DNA of 50,647 bases, taken from the NCBI GenBank assembly GCA_013360865.1, contig JABWAS010000001.1:1-50647 (forward strand), read 5' to 3'. Positions within the stretch are counted from its first letter, which is position 1, and each line of letters starts with the position of its first letter. The position numbers and the translations under genes are program-made. Shown piece after piece: positions 47,232-50,647 of the stretch. Under the pieces are notes generated by a model. That model searched no databases, had not been told where the DNA came from, and saw nothing but the letters and a program-made list of their open reading frames with translations. Origin of the DNA: Candidatus Paceibacter sp. (GTDB lineage: Bacteria; Patescibacteriota; Minisyncoccia; UBA9983).

Positions 47232-48900
47232 AAACATCTACAACTCTCTGCAATTCATCCAGCGATGTCACTCCCTTTAAAACCTTCAGCACGCCGTCTT
47301 GCTTCATGTCCGGCAAGCCCTGCTTTCTTGATTCTTTAAGTATTTCCGTTTCGCCCGGGCTGGTCAGAATAAGCGGCTCCAGCTCCTCGTTTATCAAAAT
47401 GGCTTCAAAAACGCCTATTCTTCCCTTATATCCTATGTTGTTGCAGGCCGGGCAGCCTTTGGCCCGCCAGAGAAAAACTTCGCCCGTTTCCGGTTTGGGA
47501 TAATTTTCCGGCAGGGAAGCGATGGTTTTTCTGACAATTTCCGACTCTTCGGCATTGGCCGGAGTTTTTTCTTTGCACTTGTCGCACAGCTTTCTCACCA
47601 GTCTTTGAGCCATCGTCAAGTTGACGGCCGGCGCGATGGCCGACGGCGTTACTCCCAAGTCCACCAGGCGGGGGATCGTGCCGGCGGCATTGTTGGTGTG
47701 GAGCGTGGAGAGCACCAAGTGGCCGGTCAGCGCCGCGTTCATGGCCGTTCTGGCCGTGTCCAGGTCTCTTATTTCGCCCACCATTATAACATCTGGATCC
47801 TGCCGGAGGATGGAGCGGAGTCCGTTGGAGAAAGTGTAGCCGCTCGCTTCCTCCACCTGCGTTTGCACCACTCCTTCCACGTGGTATTCCACCGGATCCT
47901 CCAAAGTGATTATTTTCGTGCCCGGCGTGTAGATTTTTTTGAGGAAAGCGTAGAGGGTGGTGCTTTTGCCGGAGCCGGTCGGACCGGTGGTTAGAATCAT
48001 TCCGTTGGGCTTTTTTAATTCCTTTTCCACTATACTCAACAACAGCGGCTCCATGCCCAAACCTTCCATGCGGATGTCTATTGATTCCGGATTGAGCACT
48101 CTCAACACTATAGATTCGCCGTAAGATTCTGGGATGACCGACGATCTTACTTCTATTTCTTTTTTGGCCAATCTGATGCTGAAGCGCCCGTCCTGCGCCT
48201 GATTGTGGATGTTGAGCTTCAGGCCGGAAACCAGCTTAATTCTGGAAAGGAGGAGGTTGTAAACTTTGTAATCAAAGGAAAGGATGTCGTGGAGCACGCC
48301 GTCCAGCCTCATCCGAAGCCTCACTTGGCCGTCCTGCGGTTCAATGTGGATGTCGGAAGCGTCGGCGGCGATGGCTCCCGCCAGAATTATTTCCAGAACT
48401 TCGGAAATTTTACGGTTTTTCTGGGTGGCGGCGGAGGCGACGAAGATATTTTTCAAATCTTCAAGAGTGGAGGTTTGCTTTAAAAATTCTTCCAGTTTCT
48501 CGGAGGAAATGTCTATGACGCCCCTTGCTATTTCTTCGTATTGCGGCACCTCGGCGTACCTCTTCCAGGCGTTTTTGAGGCTTTCTTCGGAAACCATGAA
48601 CAGGTTTATTTTGTACCCCTTGTTTTCAAGGTCTTTGACGGTTCTTTTTGTTTTTTCCGGATTCGGGCTTTCTATGGCCGTCTGGAGCTTCTGGCCGACT
48701 TTCTGGAAAACGGCCATTTTCGCCTCGCGGGCTTCCGCCTCCGGCAGTATCTTTAAAGCGTCTATGTCTATGGTTATTCCGGAAAGGTCTAAGTATGGCA
48801 GGCCGTATCTTTGGGAAAGGATTTTAGCCAGGTCTTCGGCTTCCTTTTTTCTCATCTCCTCTATTTGCTCTTGTTTTTTGTCGTCCTCAAAGATTGGCAT
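47230..48900 (-). CDS. pilB: type IV pilus / type II secretion assembly ATPase (PilB/GspE family)
   Basis: N-terminal GSPII_E_N-like domain, Walker A GPTGSGKSTT, Asp/His boxes, and Zn-binding CDKC...CPAC. 556 aa. Confidence 0.9.
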   Translation of the reverse strand: MPIFEDDKKQEQIEEMRKKEAEDLAKILSQRYGLPYLDLSGITIDIDALKILPEAEAREAKMAVFQKVGQKLQTAIESPNPEKTKRTVKDLENKGYKINLFMVSEESLKNAWKRYAEVPQYEEIARGVIDISSEKLEEFLKQTSTLEDLKNIFVASAATQKNRKISEVLEIILAGAIAADASDIHIEPQDGQVRLRMRLDGVLHDILSFDYKVYNLLLSRIKLVSGLKLNIHNQAQDGRFSIRLAKKEIEVRSSVIPESYGESIVLRVLNPESIDIRMEGLGMEPLLLSIVEKELKKPNGMILTTGPTGSGKSTTLYAFLKKIYTPGTKIITLEDPVEYHVEGVVQTQVEEASGYTFSNGLRSILRQDPDVIMVGEIRDLDTARTAMNAALTGHLVLSTLHTNNAAGTIPRLVDLGVTPSAIAPAVNLTMAQRLVRKLCDKCKEKTPANAEESEIVRKTIASLPENYPKPETGEVFLWRAKGCPACNNIGYKGRIGVFEAILINEELEPLILTSPGETEILKESRKQGLPDMKQDGVLKVLKGVTSLDELQRVVDV

Positions 48901-49032
48901 CCCGGTTAGTACAAATTATGATTGCCTATGTTTTTTAGTTCAACAAACCTCCAACAATTAAACAATCAATTTATTTTTAATACTGCGACTTTTGTCATGC
49001 CCGGCAAAACCATCATAATTTGTCCTACCGGG
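48901..49032. repeat. ~132-bp MITE-like / structured element, copy 2
   Basis: CCCGGTTAGTACAAATTATGAT ... ATCATAATTTGTCCTACCGGG. The left end abuts the pilB ATG. Similarity to copy 1 continues about 10 nt past the right inverted repeat. Confidence 0.8.
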
Positions 49033-49063
49033 CATTGTTGTTATTACTATATATTCTATCCTT

Positions 49064-50209
49064 TTATGGGACCTCTTTCAACGCGTTTTTTATCTTCAGC
49101 TCCGCTTCGGAAAAATTTTTATACGGCCCGCACAGCAGATACGCTCCTTTGTCTTCGCAATTCAGCGCCAGCCGGATTTTTTCGGCCGCGCCGGAGCGCT
49201 CCCGCGGGGAACTGCTTCGGATAAGGCATTTTACGGAATCGTTTTTCTGCCAGAGCACCGCCGCCAAAGACACATTCGGGTAAAAGTCAAAAATCTGGCC
49301 GCCGATACCGGCGAAAACGGCTTCGCCGGCGCCGATAAGCCCCGTTTTTTGCAGGTCTTGCTCGGAAAGAAAAGTCCAAACCAAGCCGCGGCCGCCGTCG
49401 GAAGCTGTTCTGGCCAAAGCGCGGCCGAACAGTTTTGCTTCGTTGTCGCTTTTTTCCAAAAAAACTTTGCTTATTTTATCTTGCTCGGCGCCGGATTTGA
49501 GCAGCGCGGCCAAGATGCCGGCCGTTTTCTCGCCAAGCGACTTTTTTAAAAATCTGGTTTCCGTCAGCAAAGAAGCCAGAAGCAGGGAAGCGGAATTTTT
49601 ATCAGCCCGGAGCGCCTGCCTGCCGGCAGGCAGGCTCCCTGATTTTCCGGCAGCCAGCAATATGTCGTAAACTTTTCCGGCCAGGGTGTCCGTCTCCGCC
49701 GCCGGCGCGATTATTATCGTCTTTTCTTCCGGCGGAAAAATTATTTTTTTGGCCGCCTCCGCCGCCAAAGATTCTTCAATCTTGTTTTCCGCGCGCGGAG
49801 AAAAATAAATGACCGCGTCCACGTTTGCCGGCATGGTTTTAAAAACGACGTTTTCCCCAACAACCTCTTCTTTGGTTGAGCTTATGTTTATTTTTACGTA
49901 TTGCTCGTCCTCGGAGTAGGATATTTCTTTGATGTCCACCTTGTCTTTCGGGATTAAAATCGAGGACGAGTGGATTAAGGAAGATTTATTGTCCGGCGGC
50001 AGAATGTCCGCCCATTTTTGGCGGAACGCGGTGTCTTTTTCCGGCAGTTGAATCACGGAGTATTGGTGGCCGCCGTCGTTTTTCAGCAAGCGGGCGAACG
50101 CTTCCGCCGCCAGAAGAGTTTCTTCCGGAGAATTCTTACCGCAGATAATGGCAAAAGAGCGGCTTTCCGAAAATATTTTCCTTATTTTCTCCTCCTGCTC
50201 CGGCGTCAT
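49064..50209 (-). CDS. hypothetical protein, possibly a degenerate DHH/NrnA-like fold
   Basis: 381-aa ORF. The N-terminal layout (IRKIFSESRSFAIICGKNSPEETLLAAEAF) resembles the start of NrnA but lacks the H/DxD catalytic residues. Weak inference. Confidence 0.5.
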   Translation of the reverse strand: MTPEQEEKIRKIFSESRSFAIICGKNSPEETLLAAEAFARLLKNDGGHQYSVIQLPEKDTAFRQKWADILPPDNKSSLIHSSSILIPKDKVDIKEISYSEDEQYVKINISSTKEEVVGENVVFKTMPANVDAVIYFSPRAENKIEESLAAEAAKKIIFPPEEKTIIIAPAAETDTLAGKVYDILLAAGKSGSLPAGRQALRADKNSASLLLASLLTETRFLKKSLGEKTAGILAALLKSGAEQDKISKVFLEKSDNEAKLFGRALARTASDGGRGLVWTFLSEQDLQKTGLIGAGEAVFAGIGGQIFDFYPNVSLAAVLWQKNDSVKCLIRSSSPRERSGAAEKIRLALNCEDKGAYLLCGPYKNFSEAELKIKNALKEVP

Positions 50210-50297
50210 GCCCCATTCCTAGCATTTCATTTTTAGCAAGGCAAGTTGACCCGTTGGAAGTTTTCATTTCCTGTGCTTTTGTGGTAGATTAAAGCTG

Positions 50298-50647
50298 ATG
50301 AAGAGCGCGGAAATAAAACAATTAATTCCAATTTTTGAAATTTACCCTGAAATAAAACTGGTTTATTTTTTCGGCTCAAGAGCTAAAGGAGAAAGCGGGC
50401 CGCTTAGCGACTACGATTTTGGAATTTACACGGGCGAAAGAAAAACCGATAAAATTTTTGCCTTGAAATTTTCCATCCAGGATAAAATTTCTCGCGCGCT
50501 TGGCACGGACAAGGTTGACGTGGTAATGATGGACGTCGCCCAAAGTCCGGAATTGAAATACGGGATTATTAAAGACGGGGAGTTGATTTACGAGAAAGAA
50601 CCATACCGCGTCTTAATTGAGCCTAGAATTTTAAATGAGTATTTTGA
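50298..50647 (+). CDS. nucleotidyltransferase (MNT-type antitoxin), 3' end cut by window edge
   Basis: Hand-translated as MKSAEIKQLIPIFEIYPEIKLVYFFGSRAKGESGPLSDYDFGIY... This carries the GS-x9/10-DxD motif. Confidence 0.7.
   Translation, partial: MKSAEIKQLIPIFEIYPEIKLVYFFGSRAKGESGPLSDYDFGIYTGERKTDKIFALKFSIQDKISRALGTDKVDVVMMDVAQSPELKYGIIKDGELIYEKEPYRVLIEPRILNEYF

Overview
About 50.6 kb of bacterial chromosome that spans the replication origin (rnpA | DnaA boxes | dnaA | DnaA boxes + AT-rich spacer | dnaN). Gene content is almost entirely housekeeping: rsmA, pcrA/uvrD, comM, pnp, rpsO, a Mur ligase, cca, xerC/D-like, hup, rny, gpmI, clpP, tig, jag-yidC-rnpA, PBP1A, ruvC, yebC, ruvB, a pilB/gspE ATPase, and tRNA-Gly/Pro/Arg. 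Short compact genes, a DUF5652-like mini membrane protein, a trigger factor without a PPIase domain, and many orphan secreted or membrane proteins suggest a Patescibacteria/CPR-like (Parcubacteria-like) organism. That assignment is inference only. Accessory content consists of four toxin-antitoxin modules (RelE/RHH, HicAB, MNT/HEPN, plus a partial MNT at the right edge), an IS200/RayT-like Y1 transposase gene bracketed by inverted REP-like hairpins, and an AAA+ (DUF4143-type) ATPase cassette flanked by an 80-bp duplication of the cca 3' end. The most unusual signals are in the non-genic and in-frame repeat layer. (i) Two copies of an ~80-bp palindromic element share a 34-nt identical core, have different self-pairing flanks, and sit in-frame and in opposite orientations inside xerC. 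(ii) Two ~133-bp inverted-repeat elements abut start codons, and one of them supplies the pnp stop codon. (iii) Several hairpin families show compensatory changes. (iv) There is one strong structured-ncRNA candidate at 47.05-47.23 kb, and orphan tRNA 3'-half-like fragments next to tRNA-Pro. (v) Promoter geometry is repeatedly consistent with leaderless mRNAs. A four-gene operon of large unrecognisable envelope proteins (1-6251) is the best protein-level candidate for something undescribed. No CRISPR array or rRNA was seen. All calls come from reading the sequence and ORF translations; no database search was possible.
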